From Wallemia ichthyophaga EXF-994 (Eukaryota > Fungi > Basidiomycota), in contig NW_008806281.1 of NCBI RefSeq assembly GCF_000400465.1, positions 20,001 through 144,000 on the forward strand: a DNA stretch of 124,000 bases, in the 5' to 3' direction. A program made the translations under genes and the position numbers. The notes beneath the pieces were generated by a model, which did no database searches, was not told the DNA's origin, and worked only from the letters and a program-made list of their open reading frames with translations. Shown here piece by piece: positions 107,525-120,713 of the stretch. Each line of letters opens with the position of its first letter. Positions within the stretch are counted from its first letter, which is position 1.

Positions 107525-108876
107525 TTACATGTCCTCTAGTGACCATTTTGCTCGTGGCATGAGTGTGGCAGGATTTGCTAGTTCCCCTTTAGCAAGTTTG
107601 TAGTGGGCTGCCCATGCGATCATGGCGGCGTTGTCTGCGTAAATATGGTAAGAGTGGTTTGCGAGGGGCAAGTTGAGATCAGACCCACCAGTACATAACG
107701 CTGGCGCCGGAAAGTAGATATTCAAGCCATGTCTTCCAGTAACATCTGACAATCTTACCCTTGTTAGCGTGAGCGCATAATCAAATCAAGACACACCTCT
107801 CGCGCAGGTATCCATTACTAGCTACACCCCCACTAACCACCAGACTAGATGGTTCGACGGTAGATTTGCTCAGTGCCAATGTCACCTATTCCCGAGTTCA
107901 GACTGACTGCTGAATTTGACATGCCGTCCACCCACCTTATCAGCCAACTGCGCCACTGCTGCACTCTGGAATGCGCGCGCTAGAGCTACTCTCGTCACAT
108001 CACCGCCGTCACTCTCATCCACCAGCCTCGAGAACGCGCTCCTGAGGCCCGAGTAGCTGAACAGGAGCTGAGAGGGGGCTGGTACGCGCAGCTTCTGTCT
108101 ATACTCTTTGACACGACAATCCACCTCATCTTTATGGCCAAACAAGTGCTCAGTGTGCCTCGCAAACCCCTCCAATGCGGCTCCCGGCGCCTTGCCTGAC
108201 CATGGTATATTGAGGAGCTTAGCGGCGTGATCGAAAGCGTTGCTTGGAGCGTGTGAGTAGACTACGAGATACCAACCATTCTAAACCTACCCTATCGAAT
108301 CGTCGTTTGTCGTCGCCAGCACTCGCATTTTGGTGACTTCTTCCGCGTCGACTATCATCGTGTGTCCTCCACTGCAAAGCAGCGTGTAAAATGGGAATTG
108401 CGGGGGATTCTCTTCTGTCAGACAGCAAGTAAGGGCGTGCGCTTGCTACAATGCTATAGCATGAGATAGAGCTCTATCTGCGAATAACACCCACCCACCA
108501 TGTGATGTACGCCTACTAGCGGTATTCCACTAACCCCGACTAGCGACTTGGCTGCGACCATCGCGATTTGCAAACACCCTTTCATGCCGGGTCCTTCGGT
108601 AGTAGCTATCGCGTCCAAATCCCCAAATGCAACTCCAGCACGACGGATCGCTTCTGAAATTGCAGGCGATATGTTTTTCATGTGTCCTTGCGTTGCGTAC
108701 AGCGGGTGTATCCCTCCGTATTGCTCATGTATTTGATCCTGTTTCATCACCACATTTGATAATATCTCCCGATGGTTGCTCACTATCGCTGCACATGTGT
108801 CGTCTGCTGAGCTCTCCAATGCTAGTATCAGCCGCCGCCGTACGTCTTTGTATACTGGGAATATCGATCTTCGCAT
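107525..108876 (-). CDS. QRI7: Mitochondrial t6A synthase Qri7 (Kae1/TsaD family)
   Basis: ALESSADDTCAA, GGIHP, T.GPG, VHHM, SGGH, FSYSGL, SGGVASN, DNAAMIAW. Confidence 0.92.
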
Positions 108877-109028
108877 GCGATCGTCAAAGTGTAAGGAGAT
108901 GGCGAAGGCGGCGGTGAGAATTTATAATTTGGATGCGTTTAATACAACAAGTATGAATGATTGGATTATGTTCTGCAATTTACTTTTGCGAAAGACTTCC
109001 AAGAGGAGAATAAATGACGATTTATTAA

Positions 109029-111675
109029 TCAAAGTATGGTTATTTGCGAATTTTGACTTGTGTTTCCTGTAAATCGCTTGGCAACGAAAGTCAACACTCT
109101 CAATCCACTCACCATCAACTTCGAGGCATCAGCAGTAGCAGAAACGACGGATCCTGCTTCAGATCCATCCATCAGGTATAAGCGAGCCCTATCATCTAGT
109201 TTGTGGGCATAGTATACGGGTATACCTAATGAAACCGCAAGATTAGCAATCTGGTATGTCATAGATGTCGCGTATATTGTCTGGCTGAGGGTTAGGACAT
109301 TGAATCCAATGTCTTCGTGTAATACGTCATATCTAAATTTCTAGAGGTACCCGTCAAGCCAGAGTGCGTGTAGGCGTAGAATTAAAATTGGTTTGGTCGA
109401 GTGACACTTGGGTGATCAATTATCGTTCCACTCTTGCAGCTGCATGATTTGTTCTGCAGATCATTTCTAAGCGGCGCGAATTTGACGTGAGGCAGCTTCT
109501 GTCTAACCATAACGGTGATCTTTGGAGTTTTGCCACCAATCAGCTCCTTGTATGCTTGAACAATTGCTAGCCTCTCGTGCTGGAGCACCTCTCGGTACTT
109601 GACGTCAGACACGCCATCTCTGACATGCAGAACGTGCCTAGGAATAGCACCTAGATTGCTCTCTCTCTCTGTAAACGTTGACATTTATTTTGGCCATGTT
109701 CTTCAGGTTCTCAATAATCTCCTGGCGTACTCTCAAAGGTACTTTACTGCCTATAAATTTAGGGACACGCTGGTCTGTGTTTGAGACAACTCCAACAATC
109801 GACATAATGGTCCTCATCTCATGAGGAGGGTAGGTAACATCGACACCGAAGCACATCACTCTTTCAGGCTGAGCAAGGTATGGATTGGGTGAAACCAGTG
109901 TATGGTTGACGCCATCTCCTTTCACGTTTATCTTCAAAAAAATATTCGAGACATAGGTTGGCTTGGCATTGATCGCCTTTTTTTGCCACAAATAATTGCG
110001 AAGGAACTCCTACATGTATGTCGCAGTATTGCTAGATGACTGTGTACGTGTTTGATTTTTCAAATTTGCAAGTTGTAAGGACAAAATCTGTCTTCACGTT
110101 CAATCTCTTCGATTCGTTGAGAATTGTCTTGACGCTGGCATTCTCGTTACGCAGGAAGCAAATTGCTGGCTCATGGAGTACCGTCATACCTCTCTTCATA
110201 CACACTGCAACAACATCTTTGAGGAAATTTGTCAGCCATTCGTACTCGTCTGGTCTTCCAAAAGCAAACAGCTTCCAGTTATTAATTGTCGCTGGCTTGA
110301 AGAATGTCATATTTTGTGAATTTCTATCCCATTCCACGTCAGGCTCGCTGGGTTGGATCTGAAGACGGTTGCCGTATTCAAGACTTGATGGCTTGATTAC
110401 TGATGCAGAGCATTCGATGGCATTAGAATCAATTTTGAAGCCAAATTCACTGATGACAGGGTTATTCCTGGAAAGAGACATTGCTTGACCACGATAGTTT
110501 TTCAGTCTCTACAATGACTTAACTTTGCAGAAACTCATTATGTCTTTGGTCTGGGCAGAATTTAAAACCCCGCCTGGATGAATCTGACCTGGGATAATGT
110601 TCAGTAGCTCCATTGAAAAAAATGTCATGCTTTTCCCAATAACGGGTAATTGAAGAAGCCTGAGCACAAAGTTGTGCGTAGATTTAAGATAAGCTGTGTT
110701 GCTCAGCTTTCTCCCATTGTACTCCTCAAATGTGTAAGTGTTTGCATTGTTCACGGAAACGTCTTGGATTTTGAAGGGTTGTTTACGGTTAGGGATGTGA
110801 TTGGTCTCAACCTTGACCTTCTTGAGCTGCTTCTCTAGCTGGCGTCTCATTTGGTTGTTGAGGCGGCGGTTTGGACCGACAGTCATATTTATTGAACCAC
110901 TCAGACTAATCAGCTTTAGGGCTATCGCGTGTAAGCGACCCTCCTACAAAATTTGAATGGACGATGTGTCAATGTTCAAGACAACGTCGTTTGCAGAAAG
111001 CCTTGTTGTACTACAAGGTGTTGAAAAGAAGAGGATCTCGTTGTCGAAAGGAAGCCTCTTTAAGCTATAAAGTAGAGCATGGTCATCGTAAGCAAACATA
111101 TTTCCAAAAGTGACTTCGCGTTCCTGATTTTCATTATTAGCCACACAACAAGGTCTCAGGTTGAGAGATAGAGCGCTTACCAAGAAAAACTTCACAGCGC
111201 GCAAAATATCGTTCCAGCTGCGTATCTTTGGCCTGTCTGCCTCGACGCTCACATCTTACACATGAAACGACTGTTAGCGGACTTTGGGTTTCTCCTTCAG
111301 GGGAAAGAGGTTGGAAGACACCTTCACTTGTTGGTTGGAGATGAATTGCTTTGGTTTTAGCGGTAGGATCACTTTTGAATACGACATTGTGAATGCGTGG
111401 AAATCAAGGTTGAGAACTGGGCAGATTAATTTTACAATAATTCAATTTTCAGAGACTCGAGGCTTTGGTGGTAGCTTAAAGTCAGTCAATTCATTGAGTA
111501 CATCATCGCCAATTTTCTCACTTGACTTCAAACGTGCATCTTTCATCAGCATCTTAAAGCTGGCTAGATGCGTTTTGTAGGCGTTTGATTCAGCTGGTGT
111601 ATTGATAGGAAGCTGAGTTTGAGCCAAGTGCGGACTCCACAAGCTGTGAATCAGGCAAAAGCTGAAAGCATTCAT
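109029..111675 (-). pseudogene. Argonaute pseudogene (N, PAZ, MID, PIWI fragments)
   Basis: FAYD, MELLNIIPGQ, NIFLKINVK, GVDVTYP, QEII, RDGVS, SGTIID, GTSR, PVYYAH spread over several frames with stops and frameshifts. Confidence 0.88.
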
Positions 111676-112167
111676 ACGTTAATCATGAGTACCATTTGTG
111701 GGTGTTCTTCAAGTCTTCTTCTAAGGATCTATATCATGCACAGTGCTCTAGATAGAAGTCATAATATGGTCAAAAGCGTTACAAGGATTAATATTTTTCG
111801 CCTATCTATACTTCTTGTGCATTGAAAGCTGTGGATTGTAGTGACTCAAAGGGATGCGGTTCTTGGCATGTGTGCCGCAAATTGGGAGGTAACTACGTGG
111901 AGCAACCGGAGGCGCGTGGATGGGTGCTGAGCTGGCTTTTGAAGAACTCTCAAAGAGTTGCAAAGTGCTCTTGTCGCTGGAAAGTCCACGACAACAAACT
112001 TTGACTTGTTTCGATGTTGGCGCACATTTAATACAGCTTCAATATGTAATTACCAACTTCAAGTAGATTGGGGAAGGCGTAAAAACTCGTGAAAACCTCC
112101 AAAATAGAGAATTTCGTATAATAAGTTTTTACGGATATGAATGTTTTAGATCGGATCTTTTAGTATC

Positions 112168-112248
112168 GGTTCGATGGTCTAGGGGTATGATTCTCGCTTT
112201 GGGACACCAATTTGCGAGAGGTCCAGGGTTCAAATCCCTGTCGAACCC
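112168..112248 (+). tRNA. tRNA-Pro(TGG) with 9-nt intron (112204-112212)
   Basis: GGTTCGA/TCGAACC acceptor, TGGTCTAGGGGTATGATTCTCGCTTTGGG, T-loop TTCAAAT, T-tract terminator. Confidence 0.93.
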
Positions 112249-114486
112249 TTCCTTTTTTTTCCATCGTTTCCAAGTGGATCTTTTTGATAGCACTCGCTCA
112301 GTCATAGTTGTATGGCAGCCTTGAATTGCAATTGGGTATTGCATTCAGTTCTTAGAAGGTAATGAGCCTGAAAATATGTGTGCTGTAGGATATCTCAGCG
112401 GACTTCTAAGTGTTCCCACGTGATTGCGTTAAGTGCTAGAATTTTTTGCTGGTGCTGTCGGCTCGCCGGCTGCTTGAAGTGCGCATCTCTCGATCGCATA
112501 CGCAAACACCATCTGGTGGCAATGCGTATTTCATCAAGCAGTGTCCAAATCAAAAGAATTACACTTCAAGGTAAGAATATTGTTCATTTTGATTTTTTTG
112601 GCCTTTCTGTTGTTTTAGGTTTGCTTGTATTCTTCACTCCTGTCTTGATTTTAATTTAAACTTTTCAACTTGTCAACCGTGTTTGTTTGCTTAAAACCCT
112701 CAAATGGATCATTGAAGAACGCTATTGTACTTTCTAAAGATTTTGAGCTACCGTTCTTGCTTTTCTCGTCTTTCACTTTCTTTTGCAGATCAATCTCCTC
112801 TTCTTTGAGTTGATGGTATCGTCAGTTAGTGCCAAAAGGAAGAAGGCACTAATCGCAGGACATGCTTTTCCCCAATTTTGGAGCAACTCAGTGCCAAATT
112901 TTTCAACCGAAACGTTTCGCGCTGAGGCTTCCTTTGATAACACCCTCTGGTCAAATTCGGGAATTCTCTTTAAACAAATTGATCCTCTTCATAGATTGAA
113001 GGATTAAAAAACCTTATGTTTGGCAAATCATCTAGCGGAGGTAATTGCATGCCGAAATCATCGAAGGTGAAAAATTTAAACTTGCTTTCCCTATTTGCTT
113101 CTTCTTATGATTCGTGATAGTTTTCTACTGGGAATAATAAGTTGTGAATGAGATTGTGAATTTTGTCATGTTCCTAGTGGAAGATTGCCAATGTTGATTC
113201 AGTGTGTTTGTTGGTGAGCTTGGGTGATTGGACAGGCAACCAAATACATAAAATACTGCGAGCGCTAGCACTATAAACAAAAGTGTATTTGCTGCTCCTT
113301 AGCGCTTGCTGTGCATGCAGATAGCCACGTGACTAGCCATGAGGGTATTCGATAACCCACAGTCAGCAATAAGATTAATTGAATGCACCGAAAGCTTTGA
113401 GGAAAATAGCTGAGCAGATATGTTTACGCCGTTAGCCGGTGTTACCGGGAACGAGGGTAGCCGGATTCGTGAAAAACAACAAACACGAGGCGCGAGTCAC
113501 GTGTTTCTTGGCTGCCGCTGCGGTATTTAGGTGGCCCACATTCCTTACTCTTCTCCTTGCGTTAAAACGTCTTGGGGGCCATATTAAGGCAGGTATAATC
113601 CTTTCCCTGTAAATATTCTGCACTAATCCCAGTAAACTTTACCTTCACTGGTTCAACTCTCTCTGAACTTCATTAAGAGCTGGCAGTCCGTTCAAAGTCC
113701 GCTTTGAGTGTTACTCTAAGGAAGTTTGCTATCATCACTTGGACTCTCTAACCTCAACCACCAAGACGAGGCAGTCCGCAGATGATGTAAATGTGATTTC
113801 GCAAAGTTGAAAGAGTTGTACGACTACGACAATTCTATATTTGCAATTTAGATAGCCTTTTCAAATGTCATACCATCCATCGCTTAGCGATATTGGTGTT
113901 TCGCCGTATTTGTTTTTCTGCTCGAGTTCAAGTACGGCTAATCACCAGAGTTGGTATAAGAAATATCCGCCAAGTGCGTGTTTGATATCGCTAGCGATGA
114001 CGTTGCCGTTGTGACGCTGTGTGCGACGTGCGATACGTCTTGGGGATATTCTTGGAAGCAATCGAGGTTGGTTTAGCGTTAACGACCTCACATAATCTCG
114101 TTTAAATTCGTCTTGGGCATTTTGGCGCCATCATATGCACTGTAATCAATTGAAATGCGCTTGGTGCGGCAATTAGCTAGTTGATTTGCAAATCGAATAT
114201 AGTTATCAAGTCTAGATACAACCTCTACACGCTCTAATTCTTACTAACTGCGTCATTATCGCATCATAGTTGCTGGCTTGCCGCTTTTGACCTTCACGCC
114301 AATCAATTTCCTCATTTGGATGAGACGGGACTATAACATAGTACAGATGGCTCAATTACTCTTTGCTAAGCTCCTGCACTTTATTGCCAAAGTCAAAGTC
114401 AACATGGAATAGTAAGTGGTGTGCATCATAACTGAAACACCACCTAAGCCATAAATCACAGCTTCGATTACAAACCACAGAAAGAG

Positions 114487-115353
114487 TTGTATTTCACGCT
114501 GGACAACACCAATGAAAAAGTGTCATACTGGACAGTAAACTCGCGTTACGTCGGCGATAATAAATCTATTGAGGTCATATTAAGACGCGACAACTACAGC
114601 AAGCCATTCACGATTCGCATATACGACAGACGCTACGACCAAAATCGTCCAGAGATGTGGAATAGGGATAAGGAGCAGGAGTTCAGACAAGCTCTGAATA
114701 ATGGTGACAGCAAGTTACAGGCTGGGGAAGTGGAAGCGTGGAGAGCATGCAACGCTCAATTCGAAAGGGATTTGGCTACAATGCAAACCATAAAAAGTGA
114801 GCCACTCTACTGTGTGCAGCAATTCGTCACCACTGTTACTTTTGAAATCAGCGTCGCCCCACCGGGCCATTCCCAGAAATACTTCACTGCGAGAGGATTC
114901 CTTCTTGAAGGCATGGGCGGCGCTCTTCCTCTAACAAGTAAGATTGAAGATGAGGATGCCGAGCTTCTTGTCAAAGATGCATGCAGATCCTTCGACAAGC
115001 TTGCGCATCTTGGTATATGTCTTGCAGAATATGATATGAATCATGTTAGCTTCCTCAGGGAATTTGGATTGGAGGCCAAGTTTCAACAGATCAGCAATTG
115101 CTTGCTTAAGAACGAGGCAGTTAGCCCTGTCGCGTGGAAGGCCGACGTTGCACACCACAGAATACTCTTCAAGGATGCTGTGATGTTCGCAATTGATAAT
115201 CACAAGAGAAAGCTTCAACTACCGAACAAATCTTGGGTGGATGATTGCAAGAGTGTTAAAAGCGGTGGCATCAGCAGCGGTAGAAAAAGGAAGAAAAAGT
115301 GGAAATCTGCGGTGCGATACTCACGCGCTGCGACGTGCAATCTCATCTCTTGA
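114487..115353 (+). CDS. Degenerate protein-kinase-like (PKL) fold ORF, 5' end unclear
   Basis: IRIYDRRY...W..D.EQEF, GFLLE, LAHLGI; no in-frame ATG at the ORF start. Confidence 0.4.
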   Translation: MYFTLDNTNEKVSYWTVNSRYVGDNKSIEVILRRDNYSKPFTIRIYDRRYDQNRPEMWNRDKEQEFRQALNNGDSKLQAGEVEAWRACNAQFERDLATMQTIKSEPLYCVQQFVTTVTFEISVAPPGHSQKYFTARGFLLEGMGGALPLTSKIEDEDAELLVKDACRSFDKLAHLGICLAEYDMNHVSFLREFGLEAKFQQISNCLLKNEAVSPVAWKADVAHHRILFKDAVMFAIDNHKRKLQLPNKSWVDDCKSVKSGGISSGRKRKKKWKSAVRYSRAATCNLIS

Positions 115354-115693
115354 GGTTGTGCATATGCTTTAAGGTCGTTTTTGATACAGGTTACATTTCA
115401 ATCAATTAGCTAGTTTTGCTTCATATTCACGTCGTCCTCTTCAAATTCACTCAAGTCACTCCCTTTAGTTTCCATTTCAAATTTTGTAATGTTTCACATG
115501 TATATTTGCTACAAGAAAAGGGGTGAAGACGTAATGAGTGAATTGGAGTGAATTGGATAAGTTAGTTAGGAATTTCTTATTAAAAGGGTGAAGAATGTAC
115601 GTGACTGAATGGGCTGCTATGTGGAGATAAGTTAAGCAAGAGGGCCAGCCTCTTTAATGGTGTAGCTGAGTGTTGTGCTATGTGCTGCGTGCA

Positions 115694-116242
115694 TCACTGA
115701 GCTGAAGCGGTGATAGTAATCGCGGGTGTGGGAGCAAAGTCAGCGTTGGAGAAAGGATCATTGAGGTGGATGTTAGACGAGCTCGGAACAATTTCTCCCT
115801 TGCTCGACAGTCTTGGAACGGGCTTTCTCTTAACGCTAGCCAGTCTGCCAACGCTTGAAGCTGATCTGGGGAGCGCGCCTAAGCCATCATCAGATACAGT
115901 GAGATTGAGTGGCTGAGATTGAGTGGTGTCTGCATTCCCATCCCCATTTTCATTTTCCTTCTCGCCGCTATCGTTCTGCATTTGCATTTGCACCTGCGCA
116001 GCCCGCAGCTGTGCATCCTTGATAGAAATGCTGTTCTGCATGATGGGAGACTCGCGCACTTGTTGAACATTCTCCTTGTCCTTGTCTTTGGATGTGTGCG
116101 ATAGATGCGCGAATGAATTCTACGCGTCGTTATCGTTAGCCGTCTCGTCGAACTTATTAGCACACCACGCTCACCTTGACTGGCCCGCCGATAACGAGCT
116201 TATTGAGACGCTTTCTGTGCGTTGAGTTGTCGTCAACTTCAT
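115694..116242 (-). CDS. Hypothetical low-complexity protein (RKPVP motif)
   Basis: 121-aa ORF plus probable upstream exon. Confidence 0.35.
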
Positions 116243-116417
116243 GCGTATTTACACAAGGTATCAGCATGTCTGCGTCCGACCTCTGCGATGTGGTGGTTTA
116301 AGACAAAATCGACAAATATTTTTAAGTTTGGAATGTCTCTGCCTAAAAAGGAAATCTTACACGGCAGATGAAAGTTTTCAAATAGTTAGTTTAGATACAT
116401 TTACGTCATCACGTTGT

Positions 116418-117872
116418 TCAATTAGTATAGCCATATTGCTGGTAGCCGCCATAAGAGGGCTGGTCGTATGAGTATCCTTGATATCCACTCTGATCGTAAG
116501 ATACACCTCCTCCATATCCACCCCCTGTTTGAGCATTTGCACTAGCCCATATCTGAAAATTTGATTTGTTAGCTCGCTGTGTTTGATACAGTTACACTCT
116601 TCACTCACGTCTGGATTACGCCATGGTGGCAGGTTCTTGCCTTCTGACTGCCATTTCTCAACATAGGATGTATGTGTTGGTTGGGCAGCAGTCTGCCCAC
116701 TACCACCCTCAATCATACCCTTACTGGTACCGCCGCCTTCGCCAAGCTCAGCCATGAGGTTTGCGTACTCACTATCGAAACCAGGTGCATTGGAAGCGCC
116801 CTTGATCTGCTCCGCTTGGGCTGGATTGACGGTACAGTCTCTGGACAAGTGACCAGACTGACCACACAGCGCACATTTAATCTGCGTAGTAATGCTTTCA
116901 CCCTCTGGACACTCCCATCTTCTGTGGCCGGCGGCACCGCAGCTCTGACAGATTTGGCCTTCGTCGTCTCTGAGAGTGCCGTTCAAAGAGGCGAGCTCTC
117001 TGAGTTGGCTGCGCTTATGATCGTTCTCACCCTCTGGTGTTGAAGCTGCAGTCTCTATGACCTTGTTGATAAGCTTTACACACCTCCTCACTTTCTCCTC
117101 CGAGTCTGCGCTAACAACGCAATGAAGATCCTCTTCGCCCGATGAATCCATACTATCTGGCCTACCCTTACCCTCCTTGACGGAACCTTTACCTCTGATA
117201 GATATCTTAGCGCCAGACTGTCTCTCCATGTTCTTGAGTGAGTTGCCACGCGGTCCAACAAGTAAACCAAAAAAGTTAACTTCTGGGAAGTCATGTGTGG
117301 GGATGTAGACTTTTTCAGTGGGGCGCGTTGACCGCCTAGCCTGGTTATAATCGGAAGGAGGTCTGTAGCTGGGATCCATCTTCATCACCTTATCGATAAG
117401 TTTAATGCGCTCTCTCTCAAGCTTAAGTTTGTAGCGTTGTTCGCGGGTATTAGTGCGTTTACCCCAGCTATCGTAGCTTGGGGGTGGAGAAGGGCTGCGT
117501 TCAGCTTCTGAAGGGACAAACCTGCCTTTAAGTATTTTCTGATTAATCTCCTCAATACGCATTTGAGCAGCGTAACATTCAATAGCCTTTGGTGCCGCGT
117601 TGGCGTTGTAGATGGCGGTGGGGAGGACAGCACCCGAGTCTGCAGCATCGCCCCATCTCGATTTACGCTTGCGTGGGTGATCGCTGGGAGGTGGCGGTGG
117701 AGGCATTTCTCTCATCCTCTTCTCTGGTCTTTCTGTTGGTCTTCCGCGGGGTGCTTCTTCCTCAACGCCGTTTCCATACTTGCGTCTGTTACCCAGTGGG
117801 ATATTGTTAGCTGTGAGTGGCGTATTAGCGGTGGGTCTGTGTACACGCCATTCTCCACTCGCCTGAGGACAT
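116418..117872 (-). CDS. MSL5: Branchpoint-binding protein / splicing factor 1
   Basis: RKRKSRW, SPSPPPSYD, KH domain NFFGLLVGPRG, two CCHC knuckles, DSEYANLMAEL. Confidence 0.96.
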
Positions 117873-118043
117873 GGGCGTTGGTGATGAAGAGGTGCAGCTA
117901 CAGCGCGGAGAAAGAGCTGCAAAATTTTTAGAGACGCGGGAGTATCCGTGGGGTGGCTGTGCGGCATCTAGAAGTGTATCTGTATCTCTACTCGCTTCCA
118001 CCCGCTTTCTACCCTCTTGCAGCCACCATCACCATCAAAACCG

Positions 118044-119849
118044 ATGGAATCTACCACACAGATCAAAACACGCTTGAGGCAATCTACTCGCGATTGCTCA
118101 GCGCGTGGTTTGATATTCGCCTCAATCTGGTCAGCCGAGATGGCAGCGTGTATGCGTATACCCATTGACAGTGCGAGCAATACACCTGCAGCGTTCCTCA
118201 CTTCCACGCCTGCACGAGCCACGCACGGCGACAGATCGTTCAATCCACCCGACGCCTTATCGTTCGACGACGACCAAGAGCTCGCGAGCGACGAAGAAGA
118301 TGTCTACGCGCTCGCCAAAGCCTATTACGACGCTAGGGAGTTCGACAGGTGCGCCACTGTCCTCTCCAACTGCACCACCGACAAGAGTTTATTTCTCGCA
118401 CTGTATGCCCGCTATTTGGACAGCGAGAGACGCATCCAGGAACGCACTGAACCTATCATGGGTGCGTCATTGTCTTGGTGTTGCGACTAGCTCAAGCTCA
118501 CAATACCAATCCAGGCCCACGCGATACGCGACGAGAGAATGCCAATACCCAAGTACCGCAGATCTTGGCCCACCTGCGCGACCCCAAGGACGCATTCCTG
118601 CTCTATCTCAAAGGTATCCTACTTCACCGCTCCTCTAAGCGGATAGAAGCGATGGATGCACTCATCAAATCGCTCAATGCGAATCCATGGAACTGGAGTG
118701 CGTGGTTGATGTTAGGAGTGTGTGTGCAAGACATTGACGATGTAAGTGTGGTGTGTGTGTATAAGCACAGAATGAAGAATAAAAAAAGTTGACCATGCCT
118801 AGCTCAGCGCCATTGAGTTGCACCTCCCACAAGGTGTAATGATGAGGATATTCAGCGTGCACATGCTCATAGAACTGCACGCAGTAACGGAGAAGCTTCA
118901 CGGGGCACTAGATGAGCTTGAGGAGGTTTTCACTGACTCTACGCACATCCACAGTCAGCGCGCATTTGTCTATTACAACATGCATCAGATGGAAGAGGCT
119001 GAAGAGATCTTTGACAGGCTATACGCACGTGACCCGCATCGCACGCAGGACCTCGACCTTTACAGCAACATCATCTACGTGATGGGCAACCAGACCAAGT
119101 TGGCTGCGCTAGCGCACGGTGTTGTGCAGCACAACCGGAGTGATCCGCAAGTTTGCTGTCTTGTTGGAAATTACTTCAGTATTCGAGGGGAGCACGAGAA
119201 GGCCATCATGTACTTCAGACGTGCACTGCGGCTGGATCGCGCCTACTTGAGTGCGTGGACGCTCATGGGGCATGAGTACATCGAGCTGAAGAACTCACAT
119301 GCTGCCGTCGAGGCTTACCGACGGGCTATCGACGCTAATGCGAAAGATTACAGAGCATGGTATGGTCTCGCACAAGCATATGAATTGCTCGGTATGTACA
119401 ACTACTCCCTTTACTTCTACCAGAGAGCTACAGCACTGCGTCCATATGACCAACGTATGTGGCATGCCCTCAGCAGCAACTATGAACATCTCAGACGGTT
119501 CGACGACGCTATCAAGTGTCAATTGAGATATATGGAGCTTGCTACAGATACAGTCGATCCTAAGATGCACATCAAACTGTCCAAACTGTACAAAGACGCT
119601 CGTTTGGCACACGAAAGCGCCCTCGAATTGCGCAAGGTTTACGATATTGTCGAATCAAGCTCCGGCGAGTTGAGAGTGACCGATTACGTAAACGTCTATC
119701 GCGAACTGGCTGTCTGGGAACTCAACCATGGAAATACTGCACTCGCGCAGTCGTATCTGATCAAGGTCGTCGAAACAAACGCCCCAGAGCGCGAAGAAGC
119801 CATGTCTATATTGCGCTCTATCCAGGTCAAGGAGCTAGGGCAGATGTAG
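118044..119849 (+). CDS. CDC23: APC/C subunit Cdc23/Apc8
   Basis: RGLIFASIWSAE, AKAYYDAREFDRC, TPRs with GNYFS.RGEHEKA, AWTLMGHEYIE, DYRAWYGL. Confidence 0.95.
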
Positions 119850-119955
119850 ATGTAAATGTAAACTAGTTGATATGCACTATGCATAAATTGAAAACTAAGT
119901 AAAACAACTAAGAATGATAGTAAGAAAGAAGAAAGAAAATGCCTATGCTAAGATT

Positions 119956-120713
119956 TTAGATATCTACAGCGCCTGGGACCTGGTCGTCAGAAGGCAAGCT
120001 GCCCTGATCAGATATTTCGACATCCGAGTCGTCGTCATTGTCTTGATCGAGCTTGACATTTTCTGGGAGGGCGAAGCGTTGAATGTAATCTGCGGGTGAG
120101 TGTATGATCAGCGTAAATGCCCTGAAAACCCGTTCCAACTCACCCTTTACTTTGGTTTCATAGCTTTGGGCATCGCGCATGGAAAGGGCAGCAGCCTCGC
120201 CATTGAGTGGATCCGAAGGGTTGGGATATCTGAGCAACTGGGGCAGGAACACCTCGAAGATGTTTATCAGATCGAACATGGGTGACCAAGTCTGATTGAT
120301 GACATCAAGACACACACTACCACTCTGCTCATCGATATTTGGGTGAAATATTCTATTGAGGAATCCAATTGAAGGGGATTTGAATGGATACTGGTCAGGT
120401 AATTCTACGCGTACTTTCCATACACCGCCTTGGTAGTGTGCTGGTGACAGCGCCATTAGAGTGGGCAATTGGGCAATTGGGCCACTCACTCTCTTTGGGA
120501 CCGTGGAATCTAACAAAAAACTCTTGCATGTTGTCGTTGCTGAGATTCACTTCGTACTCGGACATGAGACTGTTGTTGTGTACGTTAGTCTCTTACCGCT
120601 TTCGGAAATAACCAACTGACAGCTTGAATACATCAGTCTCTATTCTGCGCCGTGGTGAACTGTGCTGGCAGTGTCAGTGGCTAGGCCTCGAGATTTCACG
120701 CTCAACTTATCAT
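119956..120713 (-). CDS. UBC8: Ubiquitin-conjugating enzyme E2-H / Ubc8
   Basis: [49 protein letters not shown]; exon 1 junction unclear. Confidence 0.93.
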
